A stretch of DNA of 64,000 bases, taken from contig JAUSNP010000006.1 of NCBI GenBank assembly GCA_030645735.1, positions 260,824 through 324,823 on the forward strand, given 5' to 3'. A program made the position numbers and the translations under genes. Below the pieces are notes generated by a model. It had not been told where the DNA came from. It made no database searches and saw nothing but the letters and a program-made list of their open reading frames with translations. Below are positions 18,388 to 27,908 of this stretch, one piece after another; positions within the stretch are counted from its first letter, which is position 1; each line of letters begins with the position of its first letter. The stretch is from Candidatus Moraniibacteriota bacterium. GTDB lineage: Bacteria; Patescibacteriota; Minisyncoccia; Moranbacterales; UBA2206.

Positions 18388-18502
18388 CCCGCACTAACTT
18401 TCCAACATAATCAATTTTTGAGATTACATTGAAAACATACAAATAATTAATTTCATGCGCAACCATGGAACTAGCCCACACAACTTGGAAAGTTAGTGCG
18501 GG
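18388..18502 (-). promoter_or_regulatory. Long stem-loop (18-bp perfect stem, about 79-nt loop) that abuts the rnhA start codon
   Basis: CCCGCACTAACTTTCCAA (18388-18405) is the exact reverse complement of TTGGAAAGTTAGTGCGGG (18485-18502). The left arm ends 1 nt before the rnhA ATG. Confidence 0.45.
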
Positions 18503-18517
18503 ACTCATACTCCTATT

Positions 18518-20239
18518 TTAACCTATTTTTAGTCGCAAATCAACCAATGCCAATTGCATCTTTTTGTTGCCATTCCACTCATCTTCCTGCAAATTGAAGA
18601 CCACATCCACCTTGTCGCCTACTTTCAAGTCTAGGAATTTGTCGCCAAAGCTGAAACCAATAGCTTCAAAAGTTTTTGGACTCGCTTGCGCACGCAAAGA
18701 CAATTTCAAATGCTTACTCCCATTGCCCACGGTTTTCAAATCATCAATCAGCAAATCTTTCATCAAGAAAATCGGCTCTTCGTTGCCTTCACCAAATGGT
18801 TGCAAGGCTTTGATGGCATCCACCAAATCCCAATTCACGTCCGCGGGTGAGATTTCCAAATCAATTTCAATAGTTGGCGTGATGTCCAAGCCCACCAATT
18901 CTTCTTCAATCAAACCAGAAAGTTTGTCATAAAACTTTTCCATGTTCTCATACTTAACTTGCACGCCTGCCGCTTGCGAATGTCCGCCATAACGAATGAG
19001 TAGTTCGGAGCATTTTTCCAAAGCTTTGATGATGTTCATTTGATCGATACTACGGAATGATCCCACAAATTGATCACCTTGTTTTTGAAAGACCGCCGTC
19101 GGCTTGTTGAATTCATCAGCCACGCGCCCAGCAATGAGTCCCAAGATTCCCACCTGCCAATGCTCGTTGGAAGCAAAAATCAATTTTTTGTCTTTGAAAG
19201 AATTTTCCGCCAAGGCACGCACTTCGCGCGTGATTTCTTTGGTTACCTTTTGTCGATCTTTATTTTTTTCTTCCACCTCCAGTGCCATCAGACGCGCTTT
19301 GACCACATCACGCTCAATCATCAACTCATAGGAAATGCTAGCATGATCCATTCTTCCGGCCGCATTGATTCTGGGCGCAATTTGAAAACCAATTTTTTGC
19401 GTGTCTGGCACAGAATTTTCATCAATCGCAATGCGTCCCACCTTGAACATTTCCAAAAGTCCAACCCGTCGAGTTTTGGACAACACTACCAAACCATATT
19501 TAGTCAGCACCCTATTCTCACCAACCAATGGCACGCAATCCGCCACAGTGCCAATCACCACCAAATCCAACAACCATTTCAACTGTTCCATCTTCGAGTC
19601 ATCCACTTTTTTCTGCACGGCCTGCGCCAGTTTGAAAGCCACGCCCACGCCAGCCAAATTCTCAAAAGGATAACCGCAACCTTCCACATGCGGATTGATG
19701 ATTGCCACAGCTTGAGGCAAAATTTTCGGAACATAATGATGATCAGTGATGATCACTTCGATGCCTAGTTCTCTAGCCTTTTCCACTTCAGCAATATTGG
19801 TGATGCCACAATCCACCGTGATGATGAGCGTCGCGCCTTCCTTGGCCAAAAATTCAATAGCTGGTTCGTTCATGCCATAGCCCTCCGTTTGTCGATCTGG
19901 AATGTAGGCAATGATTTTTTCAAAACCCACATTCGTCAGCGCCTCATACATCAAAGATGTTGCGGTCACGCCATCCGCGTCATAGTCACCAAAGATAGCA
20001 ATTTTTTCTGAATTCTTTTTGGCCAACAAAATCCGCGCCACTGCTTTTTCCATATCAGCGAAAAGAAATGGATCATGCACATCTTTGTCATAGTCAAAAT
20101 CAAAAAACTTCTCCAAAGTCTCCTCACCCACCACACCACGATTGGCCAACAATTGCAAAACCACTGGATGAAATCTCTCTTTCAACTCAGCACTCACCCC
20201 ACCCAACTTCTCCTTCACCTGCCAGATTTTATTTGTCAT
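18518..20239 (-). CDS. recJ: Single-stranded-DNA-specific exonuclease RecJ
   Basis: 573 aa. DHH motifs (IFGDYDADGVT, ITDHH), a DHHA1 domain, and a C-terminal OB fold. Confidence 0.85.
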   Translation of the reverse strand: MTNKIWQVKEKLGGVSAELKERFHPVVLQLLANRGVVGEETLEKFFDFDYDKDVHDPFLFADMEKAVARILLAKKNSEKIAIFGDYDADGVTATSLMYEALTNVGFEKIIAYIPDRQTEGYGMNEPAIEFLAKEGATLIITVDCGITNIAEVEKARELGIEVIITDHHYVPKILPQAVAIINPHVEGCGYPFENLAGVGVAFKLAQAVQKKVDDSKMEQLKWLLDLVVIGTVADCVPLVGENRVLTKYGLVVLSKTRRVGLLEMFKVGRIAIDENSVPDTQKIGFQIAPRINAAGRMDHASISYELMIERDVVKARLMALEVEEKNKDRQKVTKEITREVRALAENSFKDKKLIFASNEHWQVGILGLIAGRVADEFNKPTAVFQKQGDQFVGSFRSIDQMNIIKALEKCSELLIRYGGHSQAAGVQVKYENMEKFYDKLSGLIEEELVGLDITPTIEIDLEISPADVNWDLVDAIKALQPFGEGNEEPIFLMKDLLIDDLKTVGNGSKHLKLSLRAQASPKTFEAIGFSFGDKFLDLKVGDKVDVVFNLQEDEWNGNKKMQLALVDLRLKIG

Positions 20240-20408
20240 TTCTTGTATATGTAAAATAGCAAATTTATTTCCGAAAAATTCCTGTCTGAGAATACAAATT
20301 TTATCTGAAATTTTCCTATGGCCGTCATTTGATTGAGGGAAAATTTCAGCAATAAAATTTAGTGCTCGAGTTTAATTTTGAGGAAATAAATTTGCTATAA
20401 TATTTAAT

Positions 20409-22481
20409 TTATCCGACAATTATTTTCACATCCACCGCCACTGCACTCTTCCCGTCATTATAAATCAACACTGGGTTGATATCCAACTCTTTGATATCTG
20501 CAATTTCTTGCGCCAATTCCGACACCCCCAACAACATCTGCGCCATCTCATCCGCATTGTGCGCTTTTTGTCCGCGCGTTTCTTCGAATAAAAATTTGAT
20601 CTTACTGCGCATCAATGATTTTTTTATTTCAGCCAGATTCAATGGCGGCACCAAAAAATTCACCATCTTGAAAACTTCGGTGTAAATCCCACCCAACCCA
20701 TACACCACAATCGGACCAAATATACTATCCTGTTTGATGCCCATAATCAATTCGGTTTTGATAGACAACATTTCTTGAATGATCAAATTTTCTCCTGGGA
20801 AATTGACTTTCATTTGCGCCTGCGCCTGTTGCAATTCCTCTTGATTTTTGATATTCAAAATCACGCCTTGCTTGTCAGTCTTGTGCAAAACTTTGTCACT
20901 ATCCACTTTCATCACCACTGAGAATTTAGCAATTTCCGGCAAATCATCATCCACTGTCAAATTGCTCACCGCTGGCGTCGCGATGCCATACATTTTAGCT
21001 ACATCGCTGGCTTCAGAAAATGACAAAGCCGTGCGTTTTTCTTTTTTGACTTTCGCAATTATTTTGGAAACTTCTGCTTGTCGCGCAATGTTCACCACAA
21101 ATTCTTTCCGATTAGCCACGACTTCTTTTCTATTTTCATTCCAGACATAATAGTCGTTCAGTGCGTTGACGGCCTCATCTGGGAAAACAAAATTCGGCAC
21201 TTCATTCTCATGCAGTCGGGCAATTTCTTTTTCCACTCTTTCGCCACCAATAAAAATTGTCGCCACCATTTTGTTGGTTCTGTTTTTGAATTCCACAATC
21301 TTGCTGACAATCTTCCCGACTGGAGTTTGATCTTGCGCTGTCAGCACGCACAAAATTGCGCCAATTTTTTCATCCTGTTCCAAAACCTCTAAAGCTTTTT
21401 CATAACGATCTTCCATCGCATCACCCAAAAGATCGATTGGATTTTCCACCGATGATTCCGCTGGCAAAAAAGCCCGCAAACTTTTTTTTGTTTCTTCGCT
21501 CAAATTCACCAATTCAATCGTCTTGCCGCCAAAAGCATCCGTGGTCAAAACCCCTGGGCCGCCCGCATTGGTGATGATAGCCACGCCTTTTTCTTTGGGC
21601 GCGCTTGCCACTGACATAGTTTCAATCAAAGCAAAAAATTCTTCCAAATTTTCCGCCCGCAACACGCCGGCTTTTTCAAAAACCGCATCCATAATTTCAT
21701 TACTGCCGGCCAACGCGCCCGTGTGGGAAGAAATAGCCTTCTGCGCTTTTTCAGTTTTGCCCGCTTTCAAAATCACGACGGGTTTTTTCTGCGCAACGCG
21801 TGAAGCCACTTCAATAAACTTCTGACCATTTTCGATGCCCTCCAAATACATACCCACGACCTTGGTGCTTTCGTCATTCTCCAAATATTCCAAAACTTCT
21901 GCTTCGCTCAGTTGCATCTTGTTGCCCACAGAAATGATGTTGGCGAACTTGATGTTTTCTTTGCGCGCAATGTCCATAATTGCCACTGCTAATGCACCCG
22001 ATTGTGACACAAAAGAAATGTTTCCAGCTTGTGGCATGCCACCCGCAAATGAAGCATTGAGTTTCAATTTTGGAATGATGAAACCCAAACAGTTTGGTCC
22101 CAAAATGTTCAAATCTTTTTCCTCAGCCAACTTTTTCAATTCTTCTTCGCGCGCCTTGCCTTCGGCGTCAGTTTCGGAAAAACCTGCCGAAATCACCACA
22201 AAGTTTTTGATTTTGTCTGACGCCTCACGAATGACTGGCACCACAATTTTCGATGGCAAAACAATGATAGCTAAATCAACTTTCTCAGTGATATCCGTCA
22301 AGCTTTTGAAAGTGCGCTGATCAAAAAGTTTCTCATGTTTCGGATTGACCAAAAAAATCTTGCCAGCATAGCCCAACTCCAGAATGTTTCGCGTGATCAC
22401 ATTCCCCACCTTGCCTCGCTCCTGCGAAGCGCCGACGATGGCGATGGATTGAGGATTGAATAATTTATTTAGTTTCGACAT
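20409..22481 (-). CDS. Acetate--CoA ligase, ADP-forming (fused alpha/beta acyl-CoA synthetase, NDP-forming)
   Basis: 690 aa. CoA-binding N-terminus IAIVGASQERGKVG, succinyl-CoA-synthetase-like domains, ATP-grasp C-terminus. Confidence 0.8.
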   Translation of the reverse strand: MSKLNKLFNPQSIAIVGASQERGKVGNVITRNILELGYAGKIFLVNPKHEKLFDQRTFKSLTDITEKVDLAIIVLPSKIVVPVIREASDKIKNFVVISAGFSETDAEGKAREEELKKLAEEKDLNILGPNCLGFIIPKLKLNASFAGGMPQAGNISFVSQSGALAVAIMDIARKENIKFANIISVGNKMQLSEAEVLEYLENDESTKVVGMYLEGIENGQKFIEVASRVAQKKPVVILKAGKTEKAQKAISSHTGALAGSNEIMDAVFEKAGVLRAENLEEFFALIETMSVASAPKEKGVAIITNAGGPGVLTTDAFGGKTIELVNLSEETKKSLRAFLPAESSVENPIDLLGDAMEDRYEKALEVLEQDEKIGAILCVLTAQDQTPVGKIVSKIVEFKNRTNKMVATIFIGGERVEKEIARLHENEVPNFVFPDEAVNALNDYYVWNENRKEVVANRKEFVVNIARQAEVSKIIAKVKKEKRTALSFSEASDVAKMYGIATPAVSNLTVDDDLPEIAKFSVVMKVDSDKVLHKTDKQGVILNIKNQEELQQAQAQMKVNFPGENLIIQEMLSIKTELIMGIKQDSIFGPIVVYGLGGIYTEVFKMVNFLVPPLNLAEIKKSLMRSKIKFLFEETRGQKAHNADEMAQMLLGVSELAQEIADIKELDINPVLIYNDGKSAVAVDVKIIVG

Positions 22482-22533
22482 ATGCTTATTTTAGCGTATT
22501 TAAAGCAAAATTTTATATAGCTTAGACATCTAT

Positions 22534-22561
22534 TGACTTTTTTATATTTTTGTGCTATTAT
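22534..22561 (+). promoter_or_regulatory. Sigma70-like promoter candidate for the small ORF at 22637
   Basis: TTGACT, 16-nt spacer, TATTAT. Confidence 0.35.
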
Positions 22562-22636
22562 TGCAAATCAGTAGTTCTTTATTAAATCAACTGCCCGCTC
22601 CCGAGGCCGTAGAAAAAATTTCGGAGAGGAGAAACC

Positions 22637-22834
22637 ATGAAAACATTGATGATCATCAGTGCCGTGGCGGCCCTGGGTATGCTGGCAGGGGCCTTGCTCG
22701 TCGGTTTGAACATTGACGAGTTGGCCAAGATCTCCGAGAGCTTCACAAAGCTCGGAGTAATCTTATCCGTTGGTACGCTGGCCAGCACGGCAGTATACTG
22801 CGCCACAGATCTATCTCTGAGCAAGAGGAACTAG
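22637..22834 (+). CDS. Small hydrophobic protein (65 aa; two predicted membrane helices)
   Basis: Strong Shine-Dalgarno GGAGAGGAG before the ATG, its own promoter and its own terminator. GC about 55% against about 38% background. Confidence 0.5.
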   Translation: MKTLMIISAVAALGMLAGALLVGLNIDELAKISESFTKLGVILSVGTLASTAVYCATDLSLSKRN

Positions 22835-22855
22835 AAGACCCCCTTTGCTCGACCA

Positions 22856-22900
22856 ATCACCATTCGCCAGTCTCATCGGCGCGTGGTGATTTTTTTATTT
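22856..22900 (+). terminator. Rho-independent terminator
   Basis: ATCACCA...TGGTGAT stem followed by TTTTTTTATTTTT. Confidence 0.6.
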
Positions 22901-23881
22901 TTAAATTTCACTTTCTTTTAATAATCCTTCCACCGCTCCATATTTTTGCACCACGCTGCTACTATTGCTGATTCCCCAATTCAAACATTCTTGCAAACTT
23001 TTTTCTTTCAGATGCGCCGCAATGAAACCACTCGAAAAGGCGTCACCGGCACCCAAAGTGTCGGCCACTTTTTCTTTGCGTGCCTCCACATGCACAAATT
23101 CTTGTCCAGAAAGTCCCCAAGCGCCACGCGCGCCATCAGTCAAAGCCACAATTTTTGCGCCCAATCCGTTCAATTTTTCAGCTAAAAACTTTTCGTCGTT
23201 CAATTCTTCTATTGAAAACTCACCGACCTTTTCTACAATCTCCAATGCTTCATCCTTATTCACAATCACCATTTCCGATTGCACAATCGTGGCCATGACT
23301 TTAGCAACATCGCTCTTGAGGTTTTTTTGTCCCGGATTGAAAATCAATTTTACATTCTCGTCTTTGGCCAATTGCAAAACTTTGTCCAATTTGCTTTCCC
23401 AATTTTCCTGTGCGTTGCCATTGAGCGAACTGACAAACATCCATTGCGCGCCAACTTTTTTCATTCCATCAGAATCTATTTCTAATTTTTCATTTGAATC
23501 ACGATCAGAAAAAATAATGCGGTCTTCGCTCGGAATGTGCGCCACGATTGTCGACAAATCTGAGTGATGATCACCAGCCTGAACCAAATCAATGTCCACA
23601 CCATTTTTCTGTAATTCCTCCTTGATCCAATCACCAGCTTGATCTTGACCTACGCGCGTGCAGCAAAGAGTTTCCACTCCCAAGCGTGCCAAACCACAGG
23701 CCACATTAGCCGCGCACCCGCCGATGGCTTCATGTCGAGCTTGTGTAACTTGATATTTCGCGCCCAACTCAAAAACGATCTTTCTTTGCGCCTCCAGATC
23801 TTCCGGTGTTTCAATCACCACACCATCCGTGATGGGAAAGATAATATCCTTAGTTGATGAGCCAATACAAATTATTTTCAT
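22901..23881 (-). CDS. PfkB-family carbohydrate kinase (ribokinase-like)
   Basis: 326 aa. GGCAANVACGLARLG and the C-terminal TLGAGDAFSSGFIA motif. Confidence 0.75.
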   Translation of the reverse strand: MKIICIGSSTKDIIFPITDGVVIETPEDLEAQRKIVFELGAKYQVTQARHEAIGGCAANVACGLARLGVETLCCTRVGQDQAGDWIKEELQKNGVDIDLVQAGDHHSDLSTIVAHIPSEDRIIFSDRDSNEKLEIDSDGMKKVGAQWMFVSSLNGNAQENWESKLDKVLQLAKDENVKLIFNPGQKNLKSDVAKVMATIVQSEMVIVNKDEALEIVEKVGEFSIEELNDEKFLAEKLNGLGAKIVALTDGARGAWGLSGQEFVHVEARKEKVADTLGAGDAFSSGFIAAHLKEKSLQECLNWGISNSSSVVQKYGAVEGLLKESEI

Positions 23882-23899
23882 AAAATAAAAATTATTTAG

Positions 23900-25453
23900 T
23901 TATCCTAATAATGAACTCTCTTTCATGACTTTCGGTTTCTTGATGCCCAAAATATCTAAAATAGTTGGCGCAATATTGCCCAGTTTACCTTTTTTGATTT
24001 TCTTATCTTTGAATTTTTCACCAATCACAATGAATGGCACTGGATTTTTTGAGTGGAAAGTGTTGATTTGCTCCGAGTCAAAATCAATCATATCATCCGC
24101 GTTGCCATGATCAGCCGTGATAATCAAATTTCCACCGCGCTCCAAAATTTCTTTCGACAAAATTTCAATTTGTTTGTCCAACACTTCCACGGCCTCCACG
24201 GTCGCTTTCAAATCACCTGTGTGCCCCACCATATCGGCATTGGCATAGTTAATTGCGATAAAATCATAGGCGTCGTTTTTAATTTTATCCATCACAAATT
24301 GCGTAATCGCCTGCGCCGACATTTCCGGACACTTCGCATAGGAATCCACTACTTGGGATTTTATCATCACTCGATCTTCGCCATCTACGGGATCCGCGTA
24401 ACCGCCATTCAAAAAATATGTGACATGCGCAAATTTTTCTGACTCGGCAATATATAACTGCTTGAGATTTCCCAGGGCCATCGGCAAAGTCGCTGAGATA
24501 GTATGTTCTGGAAAAGCCGTGTGCTCATCCAGGCCTGGTCCGAAATCAGTTAGGGTCACGAAATATAAATTCTGCAGTTTATCAATGATAGGCATGTCAT
24601 CACTCAAAATGCTTTTTTGATCATTAGCTACGAAAAGCTTACTAAACTGACGCGCCCGATCGGAACGGAAATTGTAAAAAACTATTGAGTCATTGGCTTT
24701 TATTTTAGCCACCGGATTTCCATTTTCTGTGATAAAAGTTGGCAATAGATATTCATCGGTTAAATTGCTTGCGTAAGCTTTTTCGATAGCTTCTTCCGCT
24801 GATTGAGCTTGCTCACCGCGCCCAAAAACCATCACGTCATAGGCTAAGGCTAATCTTTTCCAATTTTTCGCTCGATCCATAGCATAAAATCTTCCAGAAA
24901 GCGTGGCGATTTTTCCAATGCCCTCTTCGTCCATAATTTTACGAAAATTTTTCAAATGAGTCAGCGCGCTTTTGGGATATGAATCACGACCATCCGTAAA
25001 AAGATGACAGAAAACTTCTTTGACTTTGTGTTTTTTGGCTAATTTTAAAATAGCTCTGAAATGATCTGGGTCGGCATGCGGACTGTCTGAGTTGCCCATC
25101 AGTCCCATCACATGAAAATTGCCCTCTGATTTTTCAACATGTTTAACCGCGCCAATAATAGCTGGGTTCATAAAAAAACTTTCATCTCGGATACTATCAG
25201 AAATATATTTTGAATCTTGCGCAACAATCCGACCCGCGCCAATATTCATATGCCCTGCTTCCGACCCACTCATTTTGTGATCTTCCAAGCCAACACAAGT
25301 CCCAGTTGCGCATAATGTATTGGAAGGATAAATCTCAAATAACCGATCAATGGTCGGTTTTTTAGCGAGGGTTATGGCATTGCCTTTTGATGGAGGCGCA
25401 ATGCCATAGCCATCCAAGATAACTAAAACTGTGGGTGATTTCTGCTCAGACAT
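23900..25453 (-). CDS. gpmI: 2,3-bisphosphoglycerate-independent phosphoglycerate mutase
   Basis: 517 aa with an iPGM N-terminus VLVILDGYGIA and metalloenzyme motifs. Confidence 0.85.
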   Translation of the reverse strand: MSEQKSPTVLVILDGYGIAPPSKGNAITLAKKPTIDRLFEIYPSNTLCATGTCVGLEDHKMSGSEAGHMNIGAGRIVAQDSKYISDSIRDESFFMNPAIIGAVKHVEKSEGNFHVMGLMGNSDSPHADPDHFRAILKLAKKHKVKEVFCHLFTDGRDSYPKSALTHLKNFRKIMDEEGIGKIATLSGRFYAMDRAKNWKRLALAYDVMVFGRGEQAQSAEEAIEKAYASNLTDEYLLPTFITENGNPVAKIKANDSIVFYNFRSDRARQFSKLFVANDQKSILSDDMPIIDKLQNLYFVTLTDFGPGLDEHTAFPEHTISATLPMALGNLKQLYIAESEKFAHVTYFLNGGYADPVDGEDRVMIKSQVVDSYAKCPEMSAQAITQFVMDKIKNDAYDFIAINYANADMVGHTGDLKATVEAVEVLDKQIEILSKEILERGGNLIITADHGNADDMIDFDSEQINTFHSKNPVPFIVIGEKFKDKKIKKGKLGNIAPTILDILGIKKPKVMKESSLLG

Positions 25454-25456
25454 ACA

Positions 25457-26725
25457 TTATTTTTTATTTTTCAATTCCTCTTCAATTCTCAAAAGTCGGT
25501 TATATTTACAAATTCTTTCTCCTCTGGAAAGCGAACCGGACTTGATATACTCCGCTTGCGCGCCCACCGCCAAATCCGCGATGAAATCATCGGTGGTTTC
25601 GCCACTTCGATGCGAAATCACAATCTTCATCTTGTTTTTCTTGGCTAGCTTGATGCAATTGATGGTTTCAGTCAGTGAGCCAATTTGGTTCACCTTGATC
25701 AAAACTGAATTGCAGGCTTTTTCTTTGATGGCAGTTTCCAATCTTTTCACATTGGTCACCAAAAGATCATCACCGATTGTCATAACCTTATCGCCAATTT
25801 TCTCATTCATCGCACGCCAACCTTCCCAATCCTGCTCATGCAAACCATCTTCCACAGAAATTACATTATATTTTGTGATCCATTCGTTATAGATGTTCAC
25901 CAACATCTCTCGCGTGATGCCATTACTTTCTGGTTTGAAAATATATTGCCCTTCTTTTTCGTCAAAAAATGATGAAGCGGCGGCGTCGATACCAGTATTA
26001 ACTTCGGTTCCTTTTTTATAACCAGCCTCCTCAATCGCTCGATTCATAAGCTCTAATGGTTTTGAATTGCTTTCAAGGCGTGGCGCAAAACCACCTTCAT
26101 CACCCACAGCCACACTTTGTCCTTCGGAAGCCAGGATATCTTTCAATTTATGAAAAATTTCACTGCCAGCGCGGAATTGTTCTTTGAAAGTTTTTATGCC
26201 GTTAGGTACAATTTTATATTCCTGAATTGAAAGCCCAGAGTCACTGTGTTTTCCACCATTGATGACATTGAACATTGGAATCGGCATTTTTAAGTTCTTG
26301 GTTGGTAGTTTGTAGTTAGTAGCGATATATTTATACAACGGCAAATTTTGCTCCGTCGCTGCGGCTCTACAAACAGCCAAGGAAACACCTAGAATTGCGT
26401 TAGCTCCTAAATTAGTTTTATTTTCTGTGCCATCCAAATCTAACATTGCTTGGTCAATTAACTCCTGATCTCCAGCCTCCATACCAAGCACTACTTTTTG
26501 AATTTTCTGATTCACATTCTCCACCGCTTGCAAAACTCCCAGACCATTGAATCTTTTCTTGTCGCCATCGCGCAACTCTAAAGCCTCGAAAGTTCCCGTT
26601 GAAGCGCCAGATGGCACAGCTGCCATTGCCTTCACGCCTGATTCCAGTGTCACCTCGACTTCGACTGTCGGATTGCCTCTGGAATCCAAAATTTCCCGCG
26701 CGTATATTTTCTTAATTGCTGACAT
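25457..26725 (-). CDS. eno: Enolase
   Basis: 422 aa. IYAREILDSRGNPTVEVEV N-terminus; SHRSGETTD. Confidence 0.9.
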   Translation of the reverse strand: MSAIKKIYAREILDSRGNPTVEVEVTLESGVKAMAAVPSGASTGTFEALELRDGDKKRFNGLGVLQAVENVNQKIQKVVLGMEAGDQELIDQAMLDLDGTENKTNLGANAILGVSLAVCRAAATEQNLPLYKYIATNYKLPTKNLKMPIPMFNVINGGKHSDSGLSIQEYKIVPNGIKTFKEQFRAGSEIFHKLKDILASEGQSVAVGDEGGFAPRLESNSKPLELMNRAIEEAGYKKGTEVNTGIDAAASSFFDEKEGQYIFKPESNGITREMLVNIYNEWITKYNVISVEDGLHEQDWEGWRAMNEKIGDKVMTIGDDLLVTNVKRLETAIKEKACNSVLIKVNQIGSLTETINCIKLAKKNKMKIVISHRSGETTDDFIADLAVGAQAEYIKSGSLSRGERICKYNRLLRIEEELKNKK

Positions 26726-26803
26726 AGATTTAATTTTTCACACTTATTGTGCGATTCATATTATGTGTATTATATGACTATTATATCACAGGAATAGCCA
26801 AAC

Positions 26804-26830
26804 AAAAAACGGGCTTTTTACCCGTTTTTT
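26804..26830. terminator. Bidirectional terminator hairpin
   Basis: AAAAAACGGGCTTTTTACCCGTTTTTT. Confidence 0.55.
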
Positions 26831-26846
26831 ATACACTCCAAATAAT

Positions 26847-27884
26847 TTATGCTTTCAAAACCTCAATCCCTGGCATCACATTGCCAGCCACAAAGTCTAG
26901 CATAGCGCCACCGCCAGTTGAGACAAAAGAAATGTCATCCATCGCATGATTTTTTTCCAAAATTTCCAAGGTTTCTCCGCCACCCACCAAAACAAAAGCA
27001 CCACTAGCGACGACCGCCTCCAGAATATCATTGGAACTCTTGGCGTATTTTTCATCTTCAAATTTGCCAGTTGGGCCATTCCATGCAATGGTTTTGGCAC
27101 CAGCAATAATTTCCTTGAATTTTTCCACTGTTTTTGGACCAATATCCAAGCGGTCATCTACAAAATCAGTTGGTAGAATCACCTTGTCAGAAAATTCGAT
27201 TTTTTGGTCAATGGCTTCATTGGCAATTTTGCCACCGACTAAAATATAATCGTATTTTTCCTCAAAAAACTTGATGACTGGCAGTTTAGTTTCAATCTTG
27301 GCTCCACCAATAATCGCCACTGCTGGCGCAATCGGATGGTCTTTGATGATAGTCATTTCATGAATCTCCTCTAGCAAGCGAAAACCTGCACAGCTTGGCA
27401 AAATCTTGGTCACGCCAGTGACAGAGGCCTGATCGCGATGACACACGGAAAAAGCATCATTTACAAATACATCAAAATTTTCCGCTAATTGTTTGGCAAA
27501 TTCTGCGTCATTAGTTTCATCGCCTGCGTAAAATCGCACATTTTCCAAAAGCAAAGCTCCACCCAACATATCATCCATAGCTGTGGTAACTTTTTCACCC
27601 ACACAATCCGAAACAAAAGTGAGATTGGTGGCCAAAATTTCTTTGGCATCAAAAACGATTTGCTCAAGTGAAAACTCCGGATTTGGCACGCCACCGGGTC
27701 GGCCAAAATGGGAAATCATCGCCACCTTGCAATTCTTGTTCAATAGATAATCCAAGGTTTCTTTAGCAGCTGCAATCTTGAAAGACTCTTTGACTTTGTC
27801 ATTTTCAAGAGACACATTGAAATCCACCCGCAATAAAACTTTTTTACCCTCCAAATCCATGTCCTGAATTCTTTTGATCTCCAT
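26847..27884 (-). CDS. pgk: Phosphoglycerate kinase (short form)
   Basis: 345 aa. LRVDFNV and GGGA...G motifs. Confidence 0.8.
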   Translation of the reverse strand: MEIKRIQDMDLEGKKVLLRVDFNVSLENDKVKESFKIAAAKETLDYLLNKNCKVAMISHFGRPGGVPNPEFSLEQIVFDAKEILATNLTFVSDCVGEKVTTAMDDMLGGALLLENVRFYAGDETNDAEFAKQLAENFDVFVNDAFSVCHRDQASVTGVTKILPSCAGFRLLEEIHEMTIIKDHPIAPAVAIIGGAKIETKLPVIKFFEEKYDYILVGGKIANEAIDQKIEFSDKVILPTDFVDDRLDIGPKTVEKFKEIIAGAKTIAWNGPTGKFEDEKYAKSSNDILEAVVASGAFVLVGGGETLEILEKNHAMDDISFVSTGGGAMLDFVAGNVMPGIEVLKA

Positions 27885-27908
27885 AATTTTGAAAAAATTA
27901 AAAAAATA

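Noticed and set aside
22590-22900. GC-rich segment as tmRNA or SRP RNA
   Set aside because: No tRNA-like 3' end (GGTTCGA...CCACCA), no ALAA-type tag ORF, and no SRP domain-IV motif (GGAAGGAAGCAGC). The segment is better explained as a small CDS with promoter, Shine-Dalgarno sequence and terminator.
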